The notes: generated by a model from the sequence alone, not told the origin. DNA of 64,000 nt from Qingrenia yutianensis (GCF_014385105.1 NZ_JACRTE010000003.1:112358-176357); one strand, 5' to 3'. Positions 20,446 to 29,583 are shown, counted from the first letter of the stretch. Translations and numbers: made by a program.

Positions 20446-20811
20446 TATACTTTACCGCATTGTACAAGTAAAACAGTATCGGCGGAGGGCAGTAAAACAA
20501 CCGGGACAAAAAGACCTTTCGGGCTTGACTGTTCGGGGTTTGTTACTTGGAGCTTTATCAATTCCGGGTTTAATGCTTCCGGCATAGGACACAGAACGAA
20601 AGGGCAAATCGCAAAGTACAGCCGAATATCTTGGGGCAGCTCTCAAACCGGGGATTTGGCCTTTTACGGTGATTTATCGCACGTCGGAATCGTTGCCGTA
20701 AAGGACGCTGACGGAAACATTCTTGTTATCCATTGTTCGAGCGGTAATAATAATGTCGTTATTACAACAAACAGCGGTTTCGGTTTCGCGGCAAGACCGA
20801 GGTGCTATTAA
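20446..20811 (+). pseudogene. NlpC/P60 peptidase gene remnant (catalytic domain lacking N-terminal region and any start codon)
   Basis: The open frame from the TGA at 20443 reads '...GLDCSGFVTWSFINSG...DLSHVGIVAV...NILVIHCSS', the Cys-His-His catalytic triad spacing of NlpC/P60. There is no ATG/GTG/TTG upstream of the Cys. Confidence 0.6.
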
Positions 20812-20908
20812 AAACAAAAGACAGCGGGGAGCATTTCTATATGCCTTTCGCTGCCTGTATGAAAGAGCCACACAACCGAGAATTATTCTCTGTTGTGTGG
20901 CTCTGTTA

Positions 20909-22510
20909 TTATTTTTCCCGTGCATACAGTGCCGCAAAATTAAGAAGCTGCTTTTTTGAGGAAACGCCGAGCTTGCTGTAAATATTGCCGTTATGGTATT
21001 TAAGTGTACTCTCTTTAACTTCTGCAATCTGTAAAATTTCAGGAACGGTTTTTCCCTCCAGATAGAGGTCAAATATTGTTCTCTCCTTGGGAGTAAGGCT
21101 GCGTAAACCCGAACAGAAATGATCATAATCATCCTGTATGATGATATTTTTATGCTCTTTCATCAGACGCTTGTTTTCGGTTCTGATGCGTTCAATCTCG
21201 CTTTGCAGACTCTCGTTTTTTTCGGAATGCTCATCGAAGATTTTTTGATATTCGTTATCCTTTCCGGCAAGAAATGCAAAAAGGTCGTCAATTTCCATAA
21301 TACCGCTTTGACTTTCGTCGGAATATGTCTTTTCGGATTGCTTTATTTTGTCAAGCGATTTTTTTATCGGAAGGATAAATCGATTTGAAAAATACAGGCT
21401 AAGGCTTAAAACAGCAAATCCCAAAATCAGAATTATGAGTATAAGCTGTATGGTGTTTTTCGTTTCCAGCCCGGAATAATCCGCATACGGCATCATAACC
21501 GTAATAGAATAAGGTGTGTTTTCGGAATAAAGAGTTGTGTTTCTCGTCATGCCGATATATGCGCCGTATTCATTTTTTAAAGCGACAAGACCCTTTTTCA
21601 GCGGCTTGATTTTGAGGGAATCCTTAGGTGCAAGGAAATATCCGTTTTTTGCTCCGCAGCTTAATCCCTCTTTGATATTGATTTCTTTATCGCCCGAGCG
21701 GGAGAATATGCAGGTTATGTGCGGAAGCGTGGACGGCTGTGCGTGTGCGGACTTAAAAACGCTTTCGTTTACTTCAAAGCCGCAGATGCCGTAAACGCGG
21801 CCGCCGTCGCCTCTGATAGGAAGCGCTACAAGCATAACACGCTCCGACGTTCCGGGAAGCGTTATAATATTACAAATATGAGTGGCTTTTTCAATCGGCT
21901 CGGCGGTATCCGAAAGAACTTCTTCAAAATTCGGGAATCCCCCGGTGTCAAATTCCAAATGCCATTTACGGTGAGGCATAATGCCTTTGTTTATTGCAGC
22001 CTTCACATTTCCCCTGTAAAGAAGCATTGTTTCCTTGTCCGTTGTTCCGAACAGATCCTGATTAAGGTACACGCCTGCTTTTGAACCGCTTTCGCCGGTT
22101 TGAGATGCGTTAATCAGAATAAAAGCGCCGGAACAGCTTGCCTTTAAAAGCTCGTTCTTCAATAAATCAATATAGCGTTCCTCAAGAGCGTTGATATGCA
22201 AAAAAGAATTCTGAACGACGCCAAAATCTGTATTTTCCGAATTGAGATATTGCTCGGTAAGCTGTGCGGCTTTTTCGGAAAGCTGTGCGCCGCGCAAGGT
22301 AATATCATTGTAGTAAGACGTCATTTCACGGTCGAAAAACTCAATCTGAAGGCTTAATATATCCGATATTTTATCCTCGGTTGTCGAAAAACGTCCGAAC
22401 AGGAAAAGAAAAGCCGCAAATATAAGCAATAAAACGATAGCCAGGATAAACATATATCCAAACAGCTTTTTTTGCATAGATTGTCTTTTGTTTCTTACCG
22501 ATATTTGCAT
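20909..22510 (-). CDS. membrane-embedded LuxR-family one-component transcriptional regulator (TM – ~300-aa extracytoplasmic sensor domain – TM – coiled coil – LuxR HTH)
   Basis: TM1 'FGYMFILAIVLLLIFAAFLFLF', TM2 'IQLILIILILGFAVLSLSLYF', and C-terminal 'LTPKERTIFDLYLEGKTVPEILQIAEVKESTLKYHNGNIYSKLGV' LuxR/FixJ-type HTH. No receiver or kinase domain. Start set at Met 22510, downstream of the binding-protein gene's stop. Confidence 0.7.
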   Translation of the reverse strand: MQISVRNKRQSMQKKLFGYMFILAIVLLLIFAAFLFLFGRFSTTEDKISDILSLQIEFFDREMTSYYNDITLRGAQLSEKAAQLTEQYLNSENTDFGVVQNSFLHINALEERYIDLLKNELLKASCSGAFILINASQTGESGSKAGVYLNQDLFGTTDKETMLLYRGNVKAAINKGIMPHRKWHLEFDTGGFPNFEEVLSDTAEPIEKATHICNIITLPGTSERVMLVALPIRGDGGRVYGICGFEVNESVFKSAHAQPSTLPHITCIFSRSGDKEINIKEGLSCGAKNGYFLAPKDSLKIKPLKKGLVALKNEYGAYIGMTRNTTLYSENTPYSITVMMPYADYSGLETKNTIQLILIILILGFAVLSLSLYFSNRFILPIKKSLDKIKQSEKTYSDESQSGIMEIDDLFAFLAGKDNEYQKIFDEHSEKNESLQSEIERIRTENKRLMKEHKNIIIQDDYDHFCSGLRSLTPKERTIFDLYLEGKTVPEILQIAEVKESTLKYHNGNIYSKLGVSSKKQLLNFAALYAREK

Positions 22511-22523
22511 AACAATCCCCCGT

Positions 22524-23846
22524 CTATTTTTCGCAGAGCTTTTGCCAAAGTCCCTCGGCAAGTGCTTCGGGCGGCGTGTTGCTTAATATAAATTGTTTCT
22601 GTTCGTTTCTTAAATAATCGTAAAATGCGTAAACTCTGCTGTAATATTCGGGACTTTGCTGTTCCGATAAAACCTCCGAGCTTTCCTTAATTTTTTTTAG
22701 GGCTGCATAGAGTTTTTCATAATCGGCTGTCTTGAAACGGCAGTCGTCTATTTTGTCAAACGCACCGTTTGTAACCGGCATATAACCTGTTTGGCTTACG
22801 AACTCAAGATTTCTCTCCGGCTCGGTGAGCCATTTGGCAAAAATCACTGCAGCCTCTGCTTTTTGACTTGATGTTTTATATGCGCAAAGACCGACTCCGG
22901 CTTGCGTGATATACGGCTTTTTTCCGTTTTCAGCGGGCAGAGGCAGTATATCCAGATCCATCGGCTCACTCGTTCCGTCCTCATATGTCACGGTATCATT
23001 ATAGTAAAGAATTGCGGCGGACGAGCCTATGCCGGCTACAACCTCGCCTGTCATCACCTGTGTGTTTGAATAGAGATTTGAAAGCATAATATGCCCTTTT
23101 GCAAGCGAATCCGCAAATTTCATAAAGGTTTGCTTAAAAATCACGTTTGACGGGTCATAGAATCCGTTGTCGGCAAAAATATTTCCTGCGCCGCTTTCCG
23201 CAGCCGCAAGCTCAATGGCTCGCAGCGGATAATCAAGAGCGCAGAACGGTTTTCCGCCCGACCAGTCATAATATTTCGCGGCAGCATCGAAAAACCCGTC
23301 CCAGGTGGACAGCGCTTCATATGTAACGCCCGTATCGGCTGAAAAGCGTTCAAACTGACCGCCGGCGATAAACAAAAGATGGGTGGATTTGGACACCGGG
23401 AACACGGACAGCTTTCCTTCTGCCGTGCCGTCCTCCAAAAACTCCGGAACGTATGCCGAAAGCTCTTTTTCGGAAAAATATTCGTTCCAGTCAAGTAAAC
23501 AATCCGTTCCAAGCTCCAGCGCGTTGCTTTTGTGCGCAAAGAAAAGGTCGGGCATTTCGGCGGAACCGGGAATCTTATTATGTGCGTCAAGCAGTTTTTC
23601 GCCTATTTTGGAGGCATTCGACATTGCCGTAACATTGATAATAATGCCTTTTTCCATGCCAACTGTCTCGTTAAATTCGTCAATAAGCCGATTCATCGGC
23701 GAATACGCTTGTTCTCCGTAAACGTGCCACATTGTAAGCGTAACGGGTTTGTTTTTATCAAGCTTCGATTTTTTGCAGCCGGAAAGGCAGCATATTGATA
23801 TGCTGAAAATGAGAAAAAGCAAAAATAATTTTCTTGCTGAATTCAT
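22524..23846 (-). CDS. extracellular solute-binding lipoprotein (family 1, sugar-type ABC binding protein)
   Basis: Lipobox 'CCLSGC' and a 440-aa periplasmic-binding-protein fold. It sits directly upstream of, and co-transcribed with, the LuxR-type regulator. No permease or ATPase genes are adjacent. Confidence 0.75.
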   Translation of the reverse strand: MNSARKLFLLFLIFSISICCLSGCKKSKLDKNKPVTLTMWHVYGEQAYSPMNRLIDEFNETVGMEKGIIINVTAMSNASKIGEKLLDAHNKIPGSAEMPDLFFAHKSNALELGTDCLLDWNEYFSEKELSAYVPEFLEDGTAEGKLSVFPVSKSTHLLFIAGGQFERFSADTGVTYEALSTWDGFFDAAAKYYDWSGGKPFCALDYPLRAIELAAAESGAGNIFADNGFYDPSNVIFKQTFMKFADSLAKGHIMLSNLYSNTQVMTGEVVAGIGSSAAILYYNDTVTYEDGTSEPMDLDILPLPAENGKKPYITQAGVGLCAYKTSSQKAEAAVIFAKWLTEPERNLEFVSQTGYMPVTNGAFDKIDDCRFKTADYEKLYAALKKIKESSEVLSEQQSPEYYSRVYAFYDYLRNEQKQFILSNTPPEALAEGLWQKLCEK

Positions 23847-23928
23847 ATTTAGATTCCTCCGTGATATGATTTGATGATTTTTCCGTTTCTCCTGTTTTAT
23901 GCCGGTAAGTTGCCAACAGATGTAATCA

Positions 23929-24014
23929 ATCCTATACTTTTTCCCCTACTTTTTCAAAAAAACTTAAATTCTTTTGAAATTCATCCTATACTTTTGGCAA
24001 AAAGTATGGGGACA
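23929..24014. promoter_or_regulatory. cluster of CC(n)TACTTTT(T) motifs including a 26-bp palindrome; candidate operator in divergent promoter region
   Basis: aTCCTATACTTTTT (23929–23942), TCCCCTACTTTTT (23942–23954) and aTCCTATACTTTTGG (23983–23997) form an inverted pair with CAAAAAGTATGGGG (24000–24013). Confidence 0.4.
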
Positions 24015-24209
24015 AAAAGATATTTCTATGTATAATGAAAACATGTAAAAACAACAATTTGCAGCACCGGAAAGAATTATCTGCAAAAAAAGATAAAGGG
24101 GCGACCTTTTACGTATGTGTTTCAACCTATTATAAAGTAATCGCAGTTTCTTAAATAAAAAGACGGGTTCTTTTTCAGCTGATATATCCAGCACGAGTAT
24201 ATCACATTC

Positions 24210-24239
24210 TTGGCAATTAGTCAACGGCTTGCGGATAAT
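24210..24239 (+). promoter_or_regulatory. candidate sigma-A promoter TTGGCA –18– GATAAT for the plus-strand gene block
   Basis: TTGGCA at 24210–24215 and GATAAT at 24234–24239. It is about 60 nt upstream of the RBS-supported ATG at 24300 and lies inside the over-extended ORF call 24210..24683. Confidence 0.35.
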
Positions 24240-24299
24240 TTGCGTAGGTTTGTGAAAAAGAAACGGGTTTATAAGTTTTTCAGAGAGGAGGCGAGGCGT

Positions 24300-24683
24300 A
24301 TGATAAATGAGAAGCATAAAACGGCTGCATACAAAATTATTCCGTCACAGGGCGGAAACCGTTACAGCTTTTTCTGCGAATTGTCGGGGATGCTTGTTTG
24401 CACAAGCGGAACATATTATGCGGATAATCCGGAAAAAGAGCTTTTTACCGCTTGGGAATCAGAGGGCAAAAATAATTTTAATGTTTGTCACCGATGCGGA
24501 AGATGGGTTGATTCCGTTGTGTATAATCCGGATGTGCTGATGTGCGTGGACTGTGCTCCTCTCGAGGAGGAGGCGAAATACTGCAAGCACTGCGGAGCAA
24601 GAGCGAAAAACGGCGACATAGTTTGCTCCGTATGCGAAAAAAAGTTGTTATACGGAGGTGCCGGTGAAAATGGCGAAATATAA
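24300..24683 (+). CDS. small cytoplasmic double zinc-ribbon protein
   Basis: GGAGG 8 nt upstream of ATG 24300. C-terminal 'CHRCGRW...CVDC' and 'CKHCGAR...CSVC' CxxC pairs. Confidence 0.55.
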   Translation: MINEKHKTAAYKIIPSQGGNRYSFFCELSGMLVCTSGTYYADNPEKELFTAWESEGKNNFNVCHRCGRWVDSVVYNPDVLMCVDCAPLEEEAKYCKHCGARAKNGDIVCSVCEKKLLYGGAGENGEI

Positions 24684-24954
24684 TAATCCGTCAAGAAAAG
24701 AAGTTTTGGAGCATTTCGGTTTCGGTACGGAAAATATGAAAAGGCTTAAAATCTGTCAGTGCTGCGGCAACGCACAGGCCGCAAAAAACAAGCTTTGCGA
24801 GGTTTGTCATACAAAGTTGCGCGATGAAACGCTTTTTGATATTTACAAAGCAAAGCACCGCTGCTGCGAAAAATGCGGGAACGTGCTTCCGGATGACGCG
24901 GAGTACTGTCCCTTGTGCGGGGCGAAACAAAATAATGAAAGAGAGTCAATATAA
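24670..24954 (+). CDS. small double zinc-ribbon protein (overlaps upstream gene by ~14 nt)
   Basis: 'CQCCGN...CEVC' and 'CEKCGN...CPLCG'. Start at ATG 24670 is preferred over the called GTG 24658, which overlaps the ribosome-binding site. Confidence 0.5.
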   Translation: MAKYNNPSRKEVLEHFGFGTENMKRLKICQCCGNAQAAKNKLCEVCHTKLRDETLFDIYKAKHRCCEKCGNVLPDDAEYCPLCGAKQNNERESI

Positions 24955-25128
24955 AGATGTTAAAATTCCGGAGGATGTAACGCTTGATGCGGGCGGCAAA
25001 ATATTTCTTTGGGAAAATCTTAAAACGCTGAGACCGCTTTGCGATGCGTTTACGATAAACAAATAATTTAATTGTAATATCCATTTTTAAAATGTGGATA
25101 TAGATAAAAATTTTTAAGGAGGTTCATC

Positions 25129-25524
25129 ATGAAAGGAAGAAAGTTTTTGAAGGTCACGGGTATTCTGATGATTATCGGAGGAGCATTTGGTATCATCGGA
25201 GGGATTGTTGCAATGATCGGAGCAGGAGCTTTGGCGGCGGTTCTTGAAACGAGTGCCGGCGGGCTTATGCTTGCAAGTGCGCTGATTCTGGCAAGTGCAG
25301 TATTTCAGCTGGTTGCCGGAATTATGGGTGTAAAAAACTGCGATAAACCCGAAAAGGCTCAAAGCTGCATAGTTATTGGCGTAATTGTGGCAATTTTAAG
25401 CGTAGCGGGAAACGTTATTTCAAACGTGCTTGGCAGTGATTTTAACATCATTAACTACGTTGCCGGTCTGATTATTCCGGTTCTGTACATAATTGGTGCG
25501 GTAAAAAATAAAGAGCCGGCATAA
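25129..25524 (+). CDS. small Gly-rich integral membrane protein (3–4 TM helices)
   Basis: AAGGAGG ribosome-binding site. Hydrophobic GxxxG-rich helices 'ILMIIGGAFGIIGGIVAMIGAGALAAV'. Confidence 0.55.
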   Translation: MKGRKFLKVTGILMIIGGAFGIIGGIVAMIGAGALAAVLETSAGGLMLASALILASAVFQLVAGIMGVKNCDKPEKAQSCIVIGVIVAILSVAGNVISNVLGSDFNIINYVAGLIIPVLYIIGAVKNKEPA

Positions 25525-25592
25525 GTAAAATATCCGAATGCTCCCGCCGTCCGGTTTTTGGCAGCGGGAGCATATGTGCCAAAATTCAAGAG

Positions 25593-26771
25593 GTGATTTT
25601 TATTAAAAAATATATTGCTTTTTTAACGGTTTTATTTCTTTTTATTTTCGGTAATATACTTTGCGTCAATGCCGGCGCAGATATTGCGGTTGGAATAACG
25701 ATAAACGGGGAAGTTATCGAAACGGAGGTTTCACCCTTTGTGGAAAACGGACGTACGCTCGTTCCGGTGAGAGCCGTTTCGGAGCATTTAAAGTACAGCG
25801 TTGAGTGGTTTGCGGAGGAACAAAGAGTCGATATTGATTCGCCCTCCGATAAGCTTACGCTTTACATAGGCAGCGCAGACTATTATAAAAACGGTGAAAA
25901 AAGAACCATGGACGTTCCTGCGGTAATTAAAGACGAAAGAACCTTTGTTCCCCTGCGGCTGGTTGCCGAGGAAATGGGATGTGAGGTTAAATGGGACGAA
26001 GAAAATAATATTGCAAATGTAATAAAATATAACATTGTGGAGGCAAAGACGCCTCATGATATTATACTTAATGCGGCAAGCTATACAAAAATCATTCTTA
26101 AGGAGCAGGAATATGATTTATCGGAGCTTGACGCGATAAATATTGATAACCCCAATGTTTTTGCAGACGATACCTTTGAAGGATACGAATATATAATAAA
26201 AGACGTATCCAATCTTGTTATAGAAGCACCGGAGGGAATAAGCGCTTCTGTTGTAACTCAGGCTCCCTACGCAAACGTACTAAGCTTTAAGGGATGCAGC
26301 GGTATTGTGCTTAAAAATATCACGGCAGGACATAAGGTTGAGAAGGGCTATTGTACCGGCGGCGTAATAATGCTTGACGGTTGCCGGGATATAAATATTG
26401 ATAAATGCGGCCTGTACGGCTGCGGAACGTACGGAATAACTGCGACAGACTCTGCTGAAATAACTGTGGAAAACACGGAAATATATGAGTGCACATATGG
26501 GCTTGTTGAGTTAAGCGACTGTGGCGGAATTAAGTTTAACGGCTGCACATTCAGAGATTCCGGGATGTTTTCAATGTTTGTACTGGACGGCTGCAGCGGT
26601 GTAAGCGTAACAAACTCGGAAATTAAAAATAACAACAGTTCGGAGAATTCGTATTTTATAAGCGCTTACGATTGTTCGGATATTGAATTTTCCGGCTGTG
26701 ACTTTTCAAATAATTCTTATTATAATTTCTGCAGCGGCGATGCTGTAAAATTTACCGGATGCAAATTATGA
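25593..26771 (+). CDS. secreted protein: two copper-amine-oxidase N-terminal-like (stalk) domains + Cys-rich right-handed beta-helix repeats
   Basis: Signal peptide; 'RTLVPVRAVSEHLKYSVEW' and 'RTFVPLRLVAEEMGCEVKW' stalk-domain motifs. The C-terminal 150 aa carry more than 14 Cys in 'GCxG/ CGxYG' ~20-aa repeats. Confidence 0.6.
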   Translation: MIFIKKYIAFLTVLFLFIFGNILCVNAGADIAVGITINGEVIETEVSPFVENGRTLVPVRAVSEHLKYSVEWFAEEQRVDIDSPSDKLTLYIGSADYYKNGEKRTMDVPAVIKDERTFVPLRLVAEEMGCEVKWDEENNIANVIKYNIVEAKTPHDIILNAASYTKIILKEQEYDLSELDAINIDNPNVFADDTFEGYEYIIKDVSNLVIEAPEGISASVVTQAPYANVLSFKGCSGIVLKNITAGHKVEKGYCTGGVIMLDGCRDINIDKCGLYGCGTYGITATDSAEITVENTEIYECTYGLVELSDCGGIKFNGCTFRDSGMFSMFVLDGCSGVSVTNSEIKNNNSSENSYFISAYDCSDIEFSGCDFSNNSYYNFCSGDAVKFTGCKL

Positions 26772-26795
26772 TAAGCATATTAAGGGAGTGAAACG

Positions 26796-27875
26796 ATGGA
26801 AACAGTACAAAGCTATAAGTGTCCTTGCTGCGGTGCTTCGCTGATTTTCCAAAACGAGTCGCTGCACTGCGATTCCTGCGGAAATGATTTTGAGCTTGAC
26901 GCTATGCGGCAAATTGAGGATGTCGGATCGCAAATGCAGGGAGAGTCAAAATATGACTGGGAGCATTACGAACCGAGAAACTATGAAACAGACGGAGAAA
27001 TTGAACTTGCAAGCTATACCTGTCCCTCCTGCGGTGCGGAGATAACCGGTGACGATACAATGGGGTCGACCATCTGCCCTTACTGCGGTGATGCGGCGGT
27101 AATCAAGGGACAGTTTGAGGGAACACTGCGCCCTGATTATATTATTCCGTTTAAAACAGAAAAAAAGGCGGCAATAGAGGCGTTTGAGGCAGATTTCAAA
27201 AATGCGCCGTTTCTGCCGGACGAATTTAAGGTTAAGAAGAAAATTGAAGAAATGACAGGTGTTTACGTGCCATTCTGGATGTTCGATTGCGATTGCAACG
27301 CAGCAATAACTTACGGGGCACAAAGAACCACAAGCTGGAGTGATTCCAATTACAATTATACCAAAACAGATTATTACAGACTTTTCAGAAGCGGCAGTGT
27401 GGGTTTTGCCAACATTCCTGTTGACGGCTCAAAAAAGGCGGATGACGCATATATGGAGGCGGTAGAACCTTTTTGTTATGATGATGCAGTGGAGTTTAAC
27501 GGCGCATATCTTTCGGGGTATATGGCGGATAAATATGATGTTTCGGCAGAGGAAAGCATAGAGCGAGCTAACGAACGTGTAAAAAATTCAACGGTTTCGG
27601 TATTTAAGGAGACGACGAGCGGTTACGCTGCGGTGATTCCCGAAAGTACAAAAATCAGCTTTTCAGGCGGTAAAATAAGGTATTCCCTTCTCCCGGTTTG
27701 GATGCTTAACATCAAATATATGAACAATACCTATAAGTTTGCTGTCAACGGACAGACCGGTAAGGTTGTCGGTGAATATCCTATTGATAACGGAAAAAAA
27801 TGGAGATACTTTGCGAAAATTGCAGGCTTTGCTTATATAGCAGCTGCAGTTATAGCATATTTCTTGCTGCATTAG
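26796..27875 (+). CDS. YdjG-like protein: N-terminal double zinc ribbon, C-terminal TM anchor
   Basis: 'CPCCGAS...CDSCGN' and 'CPSCGAE...CPYCG'. C-terminal TM 'FAKIAGFAYIAAAVIAYFLL'. Directly followed by the TPM gene. Confidence 0.6.
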   Translation: METVQSYKCPCCGASLIFQNESLHCDSCGNDFELDAMRQIEDVGSQMQGESKYDWEHYEPRNYETDGEIELASYTCPSCGAEITGDDTMGSTICPYCGDAAVIKGQFEGTLRPDYIIPFKTEKKAAIEAFEADFKNAPFLPDEFKVKKKIEEMTGVYVPFWMFDCDCNAAITYGAQRTTSWSDSNYNYTKTDYYRLFRSGSVGFANIPVDGSKKADDAYMEAVEPFCYDDAVEFNGAYLSGYMADKYDVSAEESIERANERVKNSTVSVFKETTSGYAAVIPESTKISFSGGKIRYSLLPVWMLNIKYMNNTYKFAVNGQTGKVVGEYPIDNGKKWRYFAKIAGFAYIAAAVIAYFLLH

Positions 27876-27886
27876 GAGGGAGCTAA

Positions 27887-28663
27887 ATGAAAAGATTTGT
27901 TGCAATCATGATTGCCCTTCTCTGCTTTGTATCGACAATTACCGTATATGCGGATTTTATCAATCCAACGATTACGGATTCGGTCGGATACCTGACAGAG
28001 GAACAAAATAAAGAGCTGTCGGCAAGGCTTGATAAAATTCGTGAACAATATAATTTTGACATCGTATTTGTTTCAGAGGATAGATTATCTGCCTATGACG
28101 CACAAGCGGCGGCAGACGACATTTACGATTATAATGGCTACGGTTACGGTGATAATTATGACGGAATACTTTTTTATATAGCAGATTCCGAAAGAGAATA
28201 TCATTTTTCCGTCTGCGGCAGCGGCGAGACAATATTTAACAAAAACGGTCTTGCATACCTTGAAAAAAAGATTGTGCCGTATTTAAAGGAAGATAACTAT
28301 TATGCTGCAGTCAAATCATACGCCGACCGTACGGAAGAGCTTTTGGAGATGGCAGCAGAGGGTAAGCCGTTCAACAAGAGGCAGCACAGCATGAAGTATA
28401 TCCTGTGTGTGGTTGCCGGGGCGCTTCTTCTTCCCCTTATTCTTGCGTATTTTATGATGCACAAAAAGCTCTGCGCAATGAAAACGGCGGTCAAAGAGGA
28501 CTATGCCGGCAATTATATGAAGCCGAACAGTATGAATCTTGACTTTTCAAGGGATATATTCCTTTACAGCACCGTGACAAAAACGGAAAAACCGAAATCG
28601 GATTCCGGCAGCCATACATCGTCTTCCGGAAGAAGTCACGGCGGAAGGGGCGGAAGTTTTTAA
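27887..28663 (+). CDS. TPM-domain (YgcG/YdjH-like) membrane protein with Gly-rich C-terminal tail
   Basis: Signal/TM, then a TPM core 'VGYLTEEQNKELSARLDKIREQYNFDIVFVSEDRL...GILFYIADSEREYHFSVCGSGE', a C-terminal TM and 'SSGRSHGGRGGSF'. Confidence 0.75.
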   Translation: MKRFVAIMIALLCFVSTITVYADFINPTITDSVGYLTEEQNKELSARLDKIREQYNFDIVFVSEDRLSAYDAQAAADDIYDYNGYGYGDNYDGILFYIADSEREYHFSVCGSGETIFNKNGLAYLEKKIVPYLKEDNYYAAVKSYADRTEELLEMAAEGKPFNKRQHSMKYILCVVAGALLLPLILAYFMMHKKLCAMKTAVKEDYAGNYMKPNSMNLDFSRDIFLYSTVTKTEKPKSDSGSHTSSSGRSHGGRGGSF

Positions 28664-28689
28664 AAACAAATTTTAAGGAGGAAAGAATT

Positions 28690-29568
28690 ATGGGAATAGG
28701 TGATTTTTTTAAGAACATTTTCGGTAAAAAAATTTGTGCATTATGCGGCAAGGAATGCGGCATGATGCATCGCACAAAAATCAGGAACAAGGAATTTTTA
28801 TGTGACGATTGCGGAAATCTATGCTCAAAGTACATTAGGCTGAGCGAGCTGACATTGGACGAAGTCAAGGGGCATATAGAATATATGAAAAGGCAGAACA
28901 GACTTTTTGAGGAGGTCTATTCCAAAGAAGGAAAGAAAGACACATACCCTTCGTCGCTCAAGGAAATGGGCATTGAATTTTGCGATGATTTGGGAATGTT
29001 TCGGATTTTGCACAGAAGCAACACGGGCAGAGGCAAAATGAACGAGCTTTTCCGCTACGATCAGGTGGCAAGCTATGAGGAATACATAGATGAAACACCG
29101 GCAACCGAGCCGGGAAAAAATCCTGAATTTAAGGAATGTGGATTAAAAATCAAGCTTTTGGGCGGAAATATGAGCAAGGTTAATACAGACAACAAAAAAG
29201 GTCTTCGTCCTCATCCGTATATTAAGCATGAAATTAAAGTTTGTTTCAGCAAAAAAGACCGTTCGGATTTGCAGTATGCACACAATGCAAAATGCAAGTT
29301 TGATTATATTTTCGGCGTTCACGATGATGAAAGAGGCTTGTTCGGCTTTGGCAGAAGCAAGGCAGAAAAAAGAGAGGATGCGGCAGCGATTGGAATGGCG
29401 GCGGCATTCGGAACGGCTTTTAAGGCTGCAACAAAAGGCGAGGAAGCCGTAACGGAGGCGGACAAAGAAAAACTGAAGGAAGGCATAAATGCTATGAACG
29501 ACGCAGCGACCGGCGGCATGGCGGTTTACACAAGACGTGCGGACGATGCGGAAGCCAAAATAAAGTAA
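28690..29568 (+). CDS. zinc-ribbon domain protein (N-terminal CxxC...CxxC), cytoplasmic
   Basis: 'CALCGKECG...CDDCGN' near the N-terminus. The remainder has no recognisable motif. AAGGAGG ribosome-binding site. Confidence 0.5.
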   Translation: MGIGDFFKNIFGKKICALCGKECGMMHRTKIRNKEFLCDDCGNLCSKYIRLSELTLDEVKGHIEYMKRQNRLFEEVYSKEGKKDTYPSSLKEMGIEFCDDLGMFRILHRSNTGRGKMNELFRYDQVASYEEYIDETPATEPGKNPEFKECGLKIKLLGGNMSKVNTDNKKGLRPHPYIKHEIKVCFSKKDRSDLQYAHNAKCKFDYIFGVHDDERGLFGFGRSKAEKREDAAAIGMAAAFGTAFKAATKGEEAVTEADKEKLKEGINAMNDAATGGMAVYTRRADDAEAKIK

Positions 29569-29583
29569 CGGGAGGTGCAAAAC

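Noticed and set aside
24658-24669. GTG 24658 as the start of the second small zinc-ribbon gene
   Set aside because: The GTG sits within the GGAGG ribosome-binding site itself. The ATG at 24670 has proper spacing.
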